A DNA stretch of 64,000 nt from Microbotryum violaceum (GCA_001244265.2 CDLV01000012.1:868001-932000), one strand, 5' to 3'. Positions 1-13,194 are shown, counted from the stretch's first letter. Program-made: numbers and translations. Notes: generated by a model from the sequence alone, not told the origin.

Positions 1-54
1 AAATTCAACAAATAAATCTCGTTCCAAGACGTCAAGCTTCTGCGAACAGGTAGT

Positions 55-3000
55 CTATAACTGCGCTTGCGGCGTCACCATCGGACCCGCATGACTCGGA
101 CCCGCATTTAAAACTGCGTTCACACCCGTCAAAATCAATCTTGTCGAGGAAGTGGATGCCGCCAACGTATGTTGCTGATCGTACTGTTGTTGGGCTTTCA
201 TGGCGGCCTTCTCCTCCCTCGCGGCTTTCCTCGCCAACTTGTCCACCTTTTGTTGTTCGCGCTCGGCTTTCTTCGCCGCGAGCTGCAACTTGCCCGTCCC
301 GCGCGGTCGACCCCGACCTCGCTTCTCCGAATGCTTGCTCTTATTTCCTCCTCCTCCTCCTCCTGGTCGACTGCCTCCACCCTTACGCGTCACACAAGGC
401 GAATGTCCGGCGTTCGAGATCGTCGAAGGGGCTTGCATCGGTGGAGGGGTACCCCCGACGGAAGGGCCTATCGAGCCGCTGTGAGAACGTGAACGAAAGT
501 TGGATGTGTTCGTCCAGTCGGATTCCTGGCCGGAAAAATACGATTCGGCAACGGACGACAGCCTCATCTCATTGTTCGCTCCATTCCGCTGTGGCGGTGG
601 GGTCGGACACGTGGGGTGGAGCGGTGGCAACGACTCGGGTCGAGGAGTCGTTATAGGGGTCGTGCTGATCGGCTCAGGAATGGCCTCTGCCTCCTCGACA
701 TCCCGCATTTCGACATCCTCTGCCTGCCGTGTAACCTTTTCCCCGTCCTCTATCGGTTCTTCGTGGTTGATGTTGACGCGCGATAGCAGCATCGATGACA
801 CGTTCTCCGAGTCCCTGGCGCTCGCTTTGAGCTCGCGATCGAGGCGCATTTGCTCGCGCTCCTGCTTGCGCTGCAATCGTCGCTCGCGTTCGGCGAGCTC
901 GGCCGCACTGAAGATGAGCTCGAAGCTGCCTTTGGTCGGTGCGTCGATTACCTTCTCGATGAGGAAACTATTGTATGCCGCTGAATAGGTTTGGCTCGCC
1001 GAAAGGACGGGGGTACCAGCGGGTGATGCACGTTCCTCAGCGGCGATCGTCGTCGCGGCCGAGTCCTTCTTGCCCTTCGATCGACTCTTATCGCCGGCCT
1101 TGCCGTTCGATTTCGAGTTGGGTGCAGAAGAGGAAGATCCGCTCAACAGAATGCTGACAAGCGACTTTTTCTTGCCTCCAAGGATTCCGGAGCATTGGAG
1201 TGCGCCGCAGAAGCAAGGTTGTCGAGCTGGCGCGCTAGTGGCAGTGACGACGGCGGGTGTCACGCCCTCAGATGGGGTCGTGGCAGCGATAGATTCCGGG
1301 TTGGGCTGCATGATCGACTCCCCATTCGGCAGCACAGCCTTGAACGTCGAAGCTGAAGAATGAGACGAGGTTGAAGCCACGGGGCCAAGGAGCGAACTAG
1401 CTAAATCAGAGCCGGATTCGTCGGCACTTTCGGCAGCAGGGGTCGCAGCCGGGGTGGTTGACGTCGTCTCGGCAGGTGCGGCAGCAGGCGCGGCCAAAGC
1501 CGTTTCAGCCGCAGCCGCAGCAGCCGCTACCGTAGCAAGGGCAACAACATTGGGATTTGACTTGATATCGCTGAAGTCTTGCCATCCGTAATTGTCTGTG
1601 AAAGCGCAAGGAGCTCCGGCGCGTGAGCTGAGCAGCACGCGTGACGGAGGGAGGCGAGTGCCATGCTTACATGTGAGCTCGGTCCCAGCGGGAATATCTT
1701 GCATCGCATACATGCCGATCTGTGAGAGAGATAAAAAAATGTTTAGCGTTTGTCCAGAATGGTCGCGGAAGGCATGGCCCGCTGACCTCGTATTCCTCAT
1801 AACCGGCCATCTTCCATCGGACGACTTTGACATTGGGTCCACATCTGAGGATATCCCACAACAGGGGCTCGGTCAGCTTTCGGAGATACTGACATAAATG
1901 AGGAAAGATGAGAAATATTCCAGAGACGTACGAATGGTTGATGAAGCGCGACGCGTTCCCTCGCATGCCCTGCAAGCGGCAATGCACCGGCATCGTCAGC
2001 CGCGGCTCAGACGGAGGCGGCGCACCAATGCAGTGCGACGTGACATACCGCATCAATGACATCATAGCCGTCATAGTCCAGGAAGTAGTAGCTCTTTGCA
2101 TCCTTGTACGTCGTGAGCACACGTTTATAAGATTCATCGCGTGAGATGATCTGTCGGCAAGTGCATCTTTCGCGTCAGCACGTTGCTAGTCCCGCGACCG
2201 CTGCCCCGCACGATCTCCCCCATGCGCACACGCGCGAACCTTACCTCTCCTCGATACTCCATGATGAACTGCCCTCGCGCAATGTCGACGAGAGTCTTGA
2301 GTCCAAAGCCCCGGTCACCAGTCTGTGTCAAAAGTCAGGTTAGTACCTCCTCCACGAAATTAAGACCCGCACGAGCAAATGCGCGCACCCAGACCACCAG
2401 CAGGCCGTCTTTGCCCTCGGGAATGCCTTGCCGGCGCTTGAGCGGCACATTGCTGCACCGGTCACCGCAAGGGCATGTTTTCGTGTCGCAGATGTACTGC
2501 ATCATTCTGAGGGTCAAAGAAAAATCAAGTTGGCCCTGAGTGCCATCACACCGGATGTTGGCTGCTCTGTAGTGCTCACCGGTTGATACACTCGGTCCCG
2601 CAGCCGTACTCCTCGGGGTCCTCCGGCGGCTCGCACTCGCAGATCATGACCGAGTCGGCTTTCCAAGGCCTTCGATTGACGTAGACGTCTGAGGATCGAT
2701 TCCGATCGACGAGATCAGACGCATCCGCAGACAATCGCAACCGGCCCATAACTTACTCTTGTACAGGTAACGGAAACGCTCAGGCTTGCGGCTCGCTTCA
2801 AATCTCGCTTGAATGACCTCGGGGTCCTCTGGCTCCGGCGTCGGCTCCGGCTCAGGTTCGGGTTCTTCCTCAATCTCCTCCTCTTCCTCCTCCTCCTCCT
2901 CCTCCTCTTCTTCTTCTTCCTCCTCCTCGGGTTCCTCCTCAACCGGTTCAGGGGTCGGTGTTGGAGGAGGTGTCGGCGTCAGCTCGCGAATGCGGATCGA

Positions 3001-4014
3001 GTTGAGCTCGGGGTGCGCCTTGCGCTCGGCACCGTAATGGTCGCGCATGATGTTAAACGGCAAGCGGAAGTCCCTCTCCTCTTCGAGCAGGAACCAGCCA
3101 TAGTTTCTCGGCGCCCAGTTGAGCTCCGTCTCCGCATCGATCGACAAATAGTCCAAGTCCTCAGCGGTGTACTTGATCCGCGCCTTGCGCACCCGGCGCG
3201 CCCTATGTTCTTCGCGGTTTTGGATCGCGGGTTCGTAGTAAAGGCCGCAATCGAGGTAGTCCTTGTCGTCCTCACGTTCGATGATGTAGGCCCAGCCAAT
3301 CGAGGATCCCCCTGTTCGTCTCGATTTGGCTGCGCGCTCGCTCTTGACCGTCGACGCGGGTGTTCCGTCGACCGTCGTCATGGCCGTTGTCGTGTCCTCG
3401 GGCGCTGCAACTGACGACCCACCGCCGTCCTCGGCCGCGCCGGGCTCGAGTTTGACCCGCGAAGTCGATGACGATGCTGCACTGGATGCACGCCTTCGCT
3501 TGTTGTTGGTCGAATGCATTGACGTCGACGACTTGCGCAGCGACGACTGGCGGCGCTGTTGTCGCACCGGGGGCAACGCGACGGGCTCCCCTTGCAACAA
3601 GCGATCCATAAGGTCGGGGGTGTAGTACTTGGCCGTCGAAACGAATCGATCAGCGAGGCGTTTTGAAGCAGATGAAGAGGTCGAGGTCGAAGTCGCAGGT
3701 CGTGCAGGTGAAGGTGCTGCATCCTGCATGAACGCACTCGCCTCCGCATTCGCACTTGCACTCGTCGCCTCACCGCAATGATCCGCACGCGACGACGACG
3801 CGCCAACGGTGCCGGCGGCGGCTCCAGCTTGCGCCTGAGCTGGCTGCTGCTGAGGTTCGGCTGTAGCGGCAACGAGCACGACAGCCGCTGGGACATCCTG
3901 GTGAAGAGGTGCAGGCAAGTCAAAGTCGAAGCGGACGGCGTCGGGGAACTGGGGCCATTCGAACGGTTTGCGAGTCATGGTGCCGGTCGCGGGTTTCCAG
4001 TAGGGCGAGCACAT
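55..4014 (-). CDS. AWS-SET-postSET histone H3K36 methyltransferase, ASH1/Set2-like (multi-exon; start codon uncertain, 4014 or 3978)
   Basis: Spliced exons give the AWS Cys cluster (CECEPP..GCGTECINR, CDTKTCPCGDRCSN), SET motifs RGFGLK, FIMEYRGE, GNASRFINHSCGPN and GTELTYNYG, post-SET CFCGALQCSG, and a C-terminal AT-hook-like RGRGRPR. Confidence 0.9.
2876..2930 (-). repeat. GAG/GAA trinucleotide run encoding poly-Glu in the SET protein
   Basis: (TCC/TCT)n on the + strand; ORF 2644..4149 shows about 18 consecutive E. Confidence 0.9.
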
Positions 4015-5076
4015 TGCGTCGACAGGGCAAGGGTGGTCGTCGAGCGAGAGAGACCAAGAGGAGCGAGCGCGGCGCTTGGGCTCGGCGAGTGTCCTCTGCT
4101 TGCGCTTGCCTGAGTTCGGTTCGAAATGATTCCACCCTCGAACGCCCAAATCTGCGGTGGGTATGGTCGCGTTTCGTGGGAGCAGAAAAAAATCAGTCTC
4201 CGTTTGTGGAACTCCCCCCCGGCTACCAAGCCATAGCTCCCCCCCCTCTGATGATCACTCCTCCACAATCGGCGACTGATGAGCGATCCGAAAGGAGTCG
4301 TCGGTCCGAACCCGCCTTGACCTTTGAGAACTCACAAGTGGTGCGACACATATTTTCCGATCTGGGGGTAGCCAAGTCACCGATCCGAATTCGTTCGTCT
4401 CTCTCGATTGGGCATTGTCTTTCAGTGGACCGCTGGGTTCGATTCACCAGTGGACCAGCCAGCTCGGACCAATGACGAGCACCGCGATTCGATGAGCTCG
4501 ATGAGCGGGCCGTCCTAGGCCGTCGACGTCGTCGACAGTCGCCTCTAGTCGCCTCGCGTCTCGCCTCTGACTGCGTCGGCGGTTGCGCTCGCGCTCCTGC
4601 TTGTCACCGACCCCATCGCGCCAGGTAAGTCATGACCCCGACCCTGCCACTCTGTATGAGCACTCGGTCTCTTTGGACTCTCGACGCCTCCTCGATACGC
4701 CTAGACTACGTCTCACTGCACCACAACCACACGCCGGGAACATCGACCGGGCGATCAAACTCGAGCCTAGAGTGGCGCCTTCGCACCCGGCGTGACTCGA
4801 TACATGCACCCTCTCCAGCCAGGCCGGTGTTGTACGAGGGGATGCACTGTTGTTCGAGCTGTATGGACTTGACGTTTACGTTCGAATGACCCAAGAGGTT
4901 CTTGGTAGCTGTTTGCTGATAACTCTTTCCTTGCCTTGCCTTGCCTCATTCGGCCCTGGGTCTTGCCTCTGCCTCGCCTCGATTACGCTGCCTTTGTCGC
5001 CGTCGGTCGTCCTGGTCGCGTGTGCTGCCGCTACCACAGTTGCCTTCCCTGCACATCCTTGGCTTTCGGTCCAGCC

Positions 5077-7229
5077 ATGTCGGACAAGCTTACACGGCGA
5101 GTCTGCCTATTGTCATCTCTGCGCTTCGAGTGCCCTTCGCTAATGCACCCCTCCGTGTTCCGTCTCGTGCCGTGTTCAGTATCGCGCTGGTCGACTCGAA
5201 TCGCTGCAAGTGAGTCGACACGCATCGATCGTAGCTTGCGTTCCACGCCTTAGGAGCTGACGATTGAATTCACTATATAGGCCCAAGAAGTGCAAGCAGG
5301 AATGCCGTCGGTCATGCCCCGTCGTCCGCATGGGTTCGTCGCTTCCGTCCTTCGCATCCACCACTAGGCGCTCCAAAGAGCTGATCTCGTACTCCTCTCC
5401 TTCATCACTTGCCAGGCAAGCTCTGTATCGAGGTCGATGTGTCCAGCAAGATCGCCATCATCTCGGAAGAGCTCTGTATCGGTTGTGGTATCTGTCCCAA
5501 GAAGTAGGTGACACTTCGTGCCCATGCCCTTTCGCATTCTGCCTTCGTGGCTAACCGATTCGGCCTTGCTCGACCTTCGTCCGACGCTCCTTTTTCTCCG
5601 TACAGATGTCCCTTTGAGGCCATCAACATCATCAACTTGCCGACAAACCTCGAGTCGATGGTCACGCATCGTTACTCGGCCAACTCGTTCAAGCTGCATC
5701 GACTGCCGACACCGCGCCCCGGCCAGGTCCTGGGATTGGTCGGCACGAATGGTATCGGCAAGAGTACGGCGCTCAAGATCTTGTCGGGCAACCTGAAACC
5801 CAATCTCGGTCGCTTCGATGCGCCACCAGACTGGCAGGACATCCTCAAGTACTTCCGAGGCTCCGAACTACAAAACTACTTTACCAAAGTGCTCGAGGAC
5901 AACCTCAAGCCGTTGATCAAGCCCCAATACGTCGACCACATCCCTCGCGCCATCAAGGGCAAGCAGACGGTTACGCAGATGCTCACGAACAAGCTCCAGG
6001 TCCCCGACATGCAGCCCATCATCGACGCGCTCGACCTCGATGTCATCCTCGAGCGTGAGGTGACGCAGCTTTCGGGAGGAGAGCTGCAGCGATTCGCCAT
6101 CGGCATGTCGTGTGTCCAAAAAGCCGACGTGTACATGTTCGACGAGCCCTCGTCGTACCTCGATGTCAAGCAGCGTCTCAACGCAGCCCGCATCATCCGT
6201 GGCCTGCTCGGCCCCGAGATCTACGTCATCGCCGTCGAGCACGATCTGTCGGTGCTTGATTATCTATCTGACTTTGTGTGCTGCTTGTACGGTGTGCCGA
6301 GTATGTACGGTGTCGTCACACTGCCCTTCTCGGTGCGCGAAGGCATCAACATTTTCCTTGACGGCCGGATCCCGACCGAGAACCTGCGCTTCCGAGAGGA
6401 ATCACTGACGTTCAAGATTTCGGACACGGTTGAGGAGTTCTTGACCGAGAGGAATCGACGATACGTCTACCCAACCATGACCAAGACGCTCGGCAACTTC
6501 AAGCTCAACATGGAAGGTGGCTCATTCACCGACTCTGAGATTATCGTTATGCTGGGAGAGAACGGAACGGGCAAAACAACCTTCGTCAAACTCCTTGCCG
6601 GCAAGCTCGAGCCCGACGACAAGGACGACATCCAGTCACTCAACGTCTCGCTCAAGCCGCAGACGATCGCACCCAAGTTCCCGGGTACGGTGCGAGAGCT
6701 GTTGATCAAGCAGATGCGAGCGGCGTATATGCACCCGCAGTTCAACACGGACGTCATGAAGCCGATGCAGCTCGAGAACATCATGGACCAATACGTCACG
6801 ACGCTTTCCGGCGGAGAGTTGCAACGTGTGGCCATCGTGCTCTGCCTCGGCAAACCTGCCGACATCTACCTCATCGACGAGCCTTCGGCCTACCTCGATT
6901 CCGAACAACGTATCATCGCGTCGCGCGTCATCAAGCGGTACATCCTCCACGCCAAAAAGACGGCCTTCGTCGTCGAGCACGACATCGTCATGGCGACGTA
7001 CCTCTCTGATCGCGTGATCGTCTACTCCGGTACCCCTTCCGTCGAATCGTTCGCCACAGCGCCTGAATCGCTGTTGACGGGTATGAACAAGTTCCTGAAG
7101 TCGCTCGAGATCACGTTCCGCCGGGACCCGACCAACTTCCGACCGAGGATCAACAAGTTTGGTTCTCAGTTGGACCACGAACAAAAAGCCGCGGGCACCT
7201 ACTTCTTCACGGATGCTACTTTGGGCTAA
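5077..7229 (+). CDS. RLI1: ABCE1/RLI1 Fe-S ABC ATPase (ribosome recycling)
   Basis: Spliced N-terminus [57 protein letters not shown]; two Walker A motifs ([16 protein letters not shown]); two LSGGELQR signatures. Confidence 0.98.
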
Positions 7230-7756
7230 AATGACTAGATAGGGCGGAGAAGAAAAGGGAGAAAAGGGGGGACTTGCTCGTCGTGGGGAAAGTTCGTCCT
7301 GTTTTGTGTGTCTTTTTGTGTGCCGCTAACTCTCTGTGTAATAAACTCGTGGCACCTTTACTGGCAAACAGATCTGACGCGTTGCGAATGATCTTCACTG
7401 GGATGGCGATGAGGCAGCTGCGTCGCCCTGCCAGGCTCAACGTCCCGGGGGGCTTTTCCGAAATTCCTCGAGGCGAACTGTGGCAAGAACACACTCTACA
7501 CATATAAGAAGGCGCAGGACTGCATTTTACTTGCTTATGCACCGCCTATCATTGCGCACTTTTGTCGTCGCAAATCATTCCCGATCCCAAAGTTTTATGT
7601 AATTCATTTTGCGCTCGATCGGTTCCCGAGTGCCACGGGCGCCGGCGGGCGATCAACACCCTCGCGCTCCGATATCCGATGGCCCATCGCGCCGACCACT
7701 CTGACTTCGTCGATCCATCAGTCGCCATCGCATTCCCATCCTCGACCAAGGCAGCG

Positions 7757-9295
7757 ATGTCCGCCGCCCCGACCGAACCGAGACGGCGGCCCGTGACACG
7801 ATCCACGTCGAAACAGAGACTCGTGTCACCCCCTCGTCGAAGGTCAGGATGTGTGGACCAAGATGAGGTGGACCAGTTCGCGATGAAGGCGCCTCGACGG
7901 TATTATGGTGCCTCGACCGAGCGCGAGGTCACAACACCACCGCCGGGCTCAAGGTAAGCGTCCAGCCCGGGCCTCGGGAGCCTGTCAGAGAAGCTGATTT
8001 TAGAGTGGGATCTTTTCTCGCAGTAGCACAACATCGGGTGCACCGTCATGGAACCGGAAAGTGGTCGTGTTGGCGCTGTTGGTGCTACAGAACGCGTCCG
8101 TGTCGCTTCTGACGAGGATGTCTCGCACCCCGTCGCGACCAGGCGCGATCGTCTATGTCCCCGCCGTCGCCGTCTTCACCGCCGAGCTTTTCAAACTGTC
8201 CGTGTCCCTGACGATGCTCGTACGTGATCGGAGACACAAATCAAAAGGCCAGGGGAATGTCAAGGTCGCCAAAGCGGCAACGCATACACTCATCCTCGCC
8301 GCCTTGTCCGATCTCTTTCACCGTCAGCGGCCCGAGATCCTAAAGCTGACCGTACCCGCGGCATTGTACGCGTTACAAAATACGCTCCTTTATACCGCGC
8401 TATCGAATCTCGACGCAGCGACTTACCAAACGACGTACCAACTCAAGTTGCTCACGACCGCGCTCTTCTCGCTCATGTTCTTCCGGCGTTCCTTGTCCTG
8501 GCGCAAATGGGCCGCGTTGATCCTCTTGACGATCGGCGTCGCGACCGTCCAACTCGAAACTACAACGGCGACCGCGACACCCAAGGCGTACGGCGCTCCG
8601 GAACAGAACCCTCGCGTCGGATTATTGGCGATTTTCGCGGCATGCGTGTCCTCGGGTTTAGCAGGAGGATGGTTCGAATACGTGCTCAAATCGTCCGTAA
8701 CGGCTTCACCACCATCCGTTCCTTCCTCACCGACCAAACCTGGGAGTCCGCGCGAGAACAACCCTGCAGACCCACCACGGATGTTACAACTTCGTGCCGG
8801 ATCGCCGTCGTTGTGGGTCAGGAATCTACAACTCTCGATGCCGAGCTTGGTCTTTTCCTTTGCTGGGGTGCTGCTGTCCCCTCAGGTGGGGAACTTGAAC
8901 AATATTTGGGTTGGGTTCACACCACTTGTTTGGGGGGTCGTGTTGAATCAGGCCTTGGGGGGGTTGTTGGTGGCGATGGTCAGTTTTTCCAGGTCCCTCA
9001 CGTGACTTGTCGCGTGCGCGAGCTGACGATTCGTTCTTTGGTCGTAGGTTGTAAGAGAAGCGGATTCAGTCGCCAAGGGGTTCGCGACATCCTTGGCAAT
9101 AGTTCGTAAGTCCCTGTATCCTAAAAACCTTCCCCGTACTCCGTCTTCCCTCTGACTGACAATCAACCTCGCAACGCAGTCTCGACCCTAGCAGGAGCCG
9201 TGTTTTTCGGCTTCATCCCCGGTGTGCAATTCTTGGTTGGCGCGATGATGGTCATTTCTTCGACCATCTTGTATGCGATGGACAAGTCGGGGTGA
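7757..9295 (+). CDS. Nucleotide-sugar (UDP-galactose/CMP-sialic acid family, SLC35A-like) transporter
   Basis: Motifs VPAALYALQNTLLY, YQTTYQLKLLTTALFS, SGLAGGWFE, SLWVRNLQLS, GGLLVAMVVREADSVAKGFATS; multiple hydrophobic segments. Confidence 0.92.
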
Positions 9296-9413
9296 GGGAG
9301 ATGGTGTGAGATTTTTTGGTTTCTTTTTAATCGTTTATTGTTGCGCTGTTGTGTTACAACGAAAAGGAAGAAACGGTGTGGAATGTATACTTCCAAACAA
9401 ATGATGGGCCAGG

Positions 9414-10590
9414 CTAGCGATCAGATTTTGTCCGGATCGAGGAACCCACGACACACCTCTCGACACCCCATTGGTCCACGATAATCTGCACCTTCATCCC
9501 CGAATCTTCTAACATCTCGCGCACGATAGGAGCCTGCCCCTTACCCACTTCCAAAGCGACCATCCCCTCACCCAGGTGCAACAACTCGGGTAAGAGTTCC
9601 ACGATCCTCCTGTAAAATACCAAACCGTCCTCTCCAGCGACGAGGGCTTTCTCGTCCTCCCAATCTTTGACGGTCGGTGCCAAGTTAGCCCATTCTTTAA
9701 GGGGGATGTAAGGGGGGTTCGAGACGATCAGATGGAAAGGTGGGGAGAGTCTTTCGAGCATGGAGGGGTCGAAGAGGTCCAGGACGGTGAAATGGCAATG
9801 GGCGGAAAGGTCGTTGATCTTGGCGTTATGGATCGCGCATGAGATGGAGAGTGGGGATCGATCGACGCCGAGGGCTTGGAGGGGTGGAGAAGGAATAGGG
9901 GTTGAGCTGGAGGTTTGGGGTCGATCGAGGAGGGCTTGCACGAGTGCGAGAGGTATGCAGCCTGTACCTGTTCCGATGTCGAGGAGGCGGTAGGAGGTAT
10001 TAAGGGAAGTTGAATCGCTGGGGAGTAAGGTTGCGAGTTGGTTGACCCAGTACTCGGTCTCGGGTCGAGGGATGAGCAAGGGCGGTTGGACCTTGAGTGG
10101 GACTCGGAGGGGGTGAAAAGGTTGATCGCCTGCTTAAGGAGGAGGAACGTAGTCAGCATGAGCATGAGCCGAAACAAGTGGTGGAGAGCACTATTGGCTC
10201 GCCTAGTATATAAGCCAGCGGTTTGTGCTCTCGTACGAGCTGATCGACCATGTGTTGTAAATTGGAGTGCCCTCGTCGCTGCTTCTGATCCGGGTTTTTG
10301 GACGGGTCCGAGGAGGCCTGAGCCAGAGCGTATGCGCGTTTCCGTAGCCAGTGTAACTCCTCGACCGCCAATTCGGCAGCACTTTGAGCAGAATTCCCTT
10401 GAGATAGGTAGAAGGCAGTGAGACGATCATGGAGGATCTTGTTCTCGTTGGAGCAGCATGAGCTGGAGTACGACGATGTTGAGGGTGCAAAGCTTCCATG
10501 TCGAGCGAGAGCGGCTGTGAGAGTCCACCGAAAGGCTGGGACGGGGACCGCTACTCGACGACGAGCAAGACGGGGGAAGCGAGTCGCCAT
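9414..10590 (-). CDS. HemK/PrmC-family release-factor glutamine N5-methyltransferase, probably mitochondrial (MTQ1-like)
   Basis: PLAYILGDQPF, LIPRPETE, DIGTGTGCI, VSNPPY, ALVAGEDGL; Arg-rich N-terminus MATRFPRLARRR. Confidence 0.92.
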
Positions 10591-10620
10591 ATAGTCCAAG
10601 CTGCTGTAGAAGGGCGAGAA

Positions 10621-13039
10621 ATGGTAGGCGGAAGCCAAGCTACGGCGCGATGCGCGAACGTCGATTCTCCCACCCCCACACAGCGACCGGCGAGCTGCGA
10701 GCTGCGAGCTGCGGAGAAAGGTCTCGGCTCGCACCTTCTCTCTACACTCCACGCTCAGCCTCTAACCACCCACCCGCCATCCAAGCTGGCTTCCGCAGTT
10801 CTCACCGCTTCGTCGGTGCTCTCAGCGCTGCTTCCCTCCTTCCTGCACCCCACTCGACTCGGAGGTAGAAAGTCGCTCGTCCTCGGGCTGACTTTGGGGT
10901 TCTCCCTCTCGCTGTCGTTGACGGGTTTGGCCATCTATGCTCAGGATGCTTGGAAGAGGTCGATGGTCAAGAGAGGGGAGGCGCACAGGAAGGCAAGGAG
11001 GGGGAACGGGGTACGAGAGGGAGGTGAGGAGCACGGAGATCAGGAGGACGACGACGAGGACGAGGACGAAGGGATGAGTAAGAATCTGGTAGAAATCAGA
11101 GGCGAGGACGTCGTACATGGAGTGGAAGGGCTTATCGGTGAGTGCGTATCCAGGTCCGTGGGTGCTTGTGATCTATGCGATCACTGATCGAGCTCCTCGC
11201 TTGCAGGCAACACCCCTTTGGTCCGGATCAACTCGCTCAGCGATGCGCTCGGCGTCGAGATACTCGTTCAGTCCTCTCTAACCAAGCCTACTCTCCCTAG
11301 AATTCCATTCTTACCCCACTCCTCGTCATAGGGCAAATGCGAATTCCTCAACCCTTTTGGATCCGTCAAAGACCGAGTCTCTTTACGCAGTCAGTCTTTT
11401 CCAGCGACCCGGAGGATCCCCCTCGGTGAAAGATACGCGACTCACCAAAGATTTGATGATGCTACAACCAGTCATCCAACAGGCCGAAAACAAGGGGCTC
11501 ATCGTACCCAATACCGGATCATGCATCTTTGAAGGCACATCAGGAAGTACCGGCATTTCGATTGCTGGCATTGCGAGGGCGAGAGGATATCGAGCTCGTT
11601 GGTCCCTTCCCAAACGCTGCGATTCATGACCCACCCACATGGCTGATGCTCTTGTTGCTTCTCCGCACTTTTCTACCGGCCCCACACTAAGATATCGTCC
11701 TTCCTGATGATGTCGCCGCCGAGAAAGTGCAGTTGTTGGAAGCGCTTGGCGCCGTGGTGGAAAAAGGTGCGTACAAAACTTGGTTGCCTTCCCCCCTCGA
11801 CTAATCTGGTCCTTTTGTCGCATCACCGGTCCAGTTCACCCCGTCTCGATTGTCGATAAGCGACACTACGTCAACCTTGCTCGATTAAGGGCCCAGCAGT
11901 TCGGTCAACGGGTCTTGCACGCTTCTACTTCGTCGTCCGAAGCGAATTTCATCGTCCCTTCCAACAACAACAGTAGCGAAGATCTTTCCCTACCCAGCGC
12001 TACAACCTCTTCTCGACCCCCTCCTTTCGAGCCCTCGCTATTGATCACTTCCCAACCCAACCCAACGGCATACAATTCCTCCTCCGCACCATCGAAAACC
12101 TACATCCCCCCAGCACGTGGTCTCTTTGCCGACCAATTCGAGAACCTGTCGAACCTCCAAGCGCATTCCCAAGGGACAGCAACGGAGATCTGGAAGCAGA
12201 CGAAAGGGGAAGTTGATGCGTTCGTTTCGGGTGCTGGGACGGGGGGCACTATTGCGGGTGTGGGGAGGACGCTGAAAGGGCATAAGAAGGGGGTTAAGAT
12301 AGTGCTTGCCGATCCGCAAGGCAGTGGGCTGTTCCACAGGGTTCGTTCGGGCCATGACTCTATGGCTTTACTGTCGCTCATTCTATTGGTTTGTGGTGCG
12401 GATAGGTCCACGACGGCGTCATGTACTCCACTACGGAAGCGGAAGGTACGCGAAGGAGGTACCAAGTCGATACCGTCGTCGAAGGGATCGGGTTGAATCG
12501 CCTTACGAAAAACTTTGAAAAGGCGCTGCCTTTCATTGATGATGCTTTCAGGTCGGTCGATTCAGGACCGAGACAACTCGAGGGAGTGATGACTGACTGG
12601 TTCGCCCGAGACTGATTGGTGCGTGTGGGATGGGATTGGACAGGGTAACGGACGAAGAAGCCATCACCATGTCCCGACACTTGGCCAAACAGGATGGTCT
12701 GTTCCTTGGATCTTCATCGGCCGTCAATCTGGTCGCTTGTGTGCGGTTGGCGCAGAAGTGGAAGAAAGAGGGTGAGCATACGAAGGGAAAGAGGAGAGGG
12801 CGGATTGAGGAAGGGGATAAGAAGATGATTGTGGCAATTTTGTGGTGAGTTGGAGATAATGGTGCTCCGGGCTGGCATGACCATGTTCAATCAAACGATG
12901 GCTGACGAGCACACGAGCTTGTAGTGATTCGGGGACGCGACACTACTCGAGGTTCTGGAACGACAAAGTCCTACAGGGCTTGGGGTATCGCACGGATCTT
13001 TCGATCGATACCATACTCGAACTGAGCACGGCCGCATGA
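10621..13039 (+). CDS. PLP-dependent cysteine synthase-like protein with N-terminal membrane anchor (start uncertain)
   Basis: Spliced IGNTPLVRINSLS, KCEFLNPFGSVKDR (PLP Lys), EGTSGSTGIS, FADQFEN, GAGTGGT, VEGIG, GLFLGSSSA, CDSGTRHYSRFW. Confidence 0.92.
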
Positions 13040-13194
13040 GGATCCGTTCCGCGAGAATACCGAGAGTGATGATTTACAACATACATGTGTAGCAACAAGC
13101 GGATCACGTTCCGAATATAACACCCCACCCAAAAAAAAAAAAAAATCCAAAAAAATCACAGCGCCTCTGGTTAAATACGCTTCCTTCCCGAGAA

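Noticed and set aside
4632..4889. 85-aa ORF upstream of RLI1 as a regulatory uORF
   Set aside because: It starts 7 nt inside a strong predicted intron and has no recognisable protein features.
13131..13155. A15 run between the cysteine synthase and ATG6 genes as a retroposed poly-A tail
   Set aside because: No target-site duplication or upstream element; it fits a U-rich 3'UTR of ATG6.
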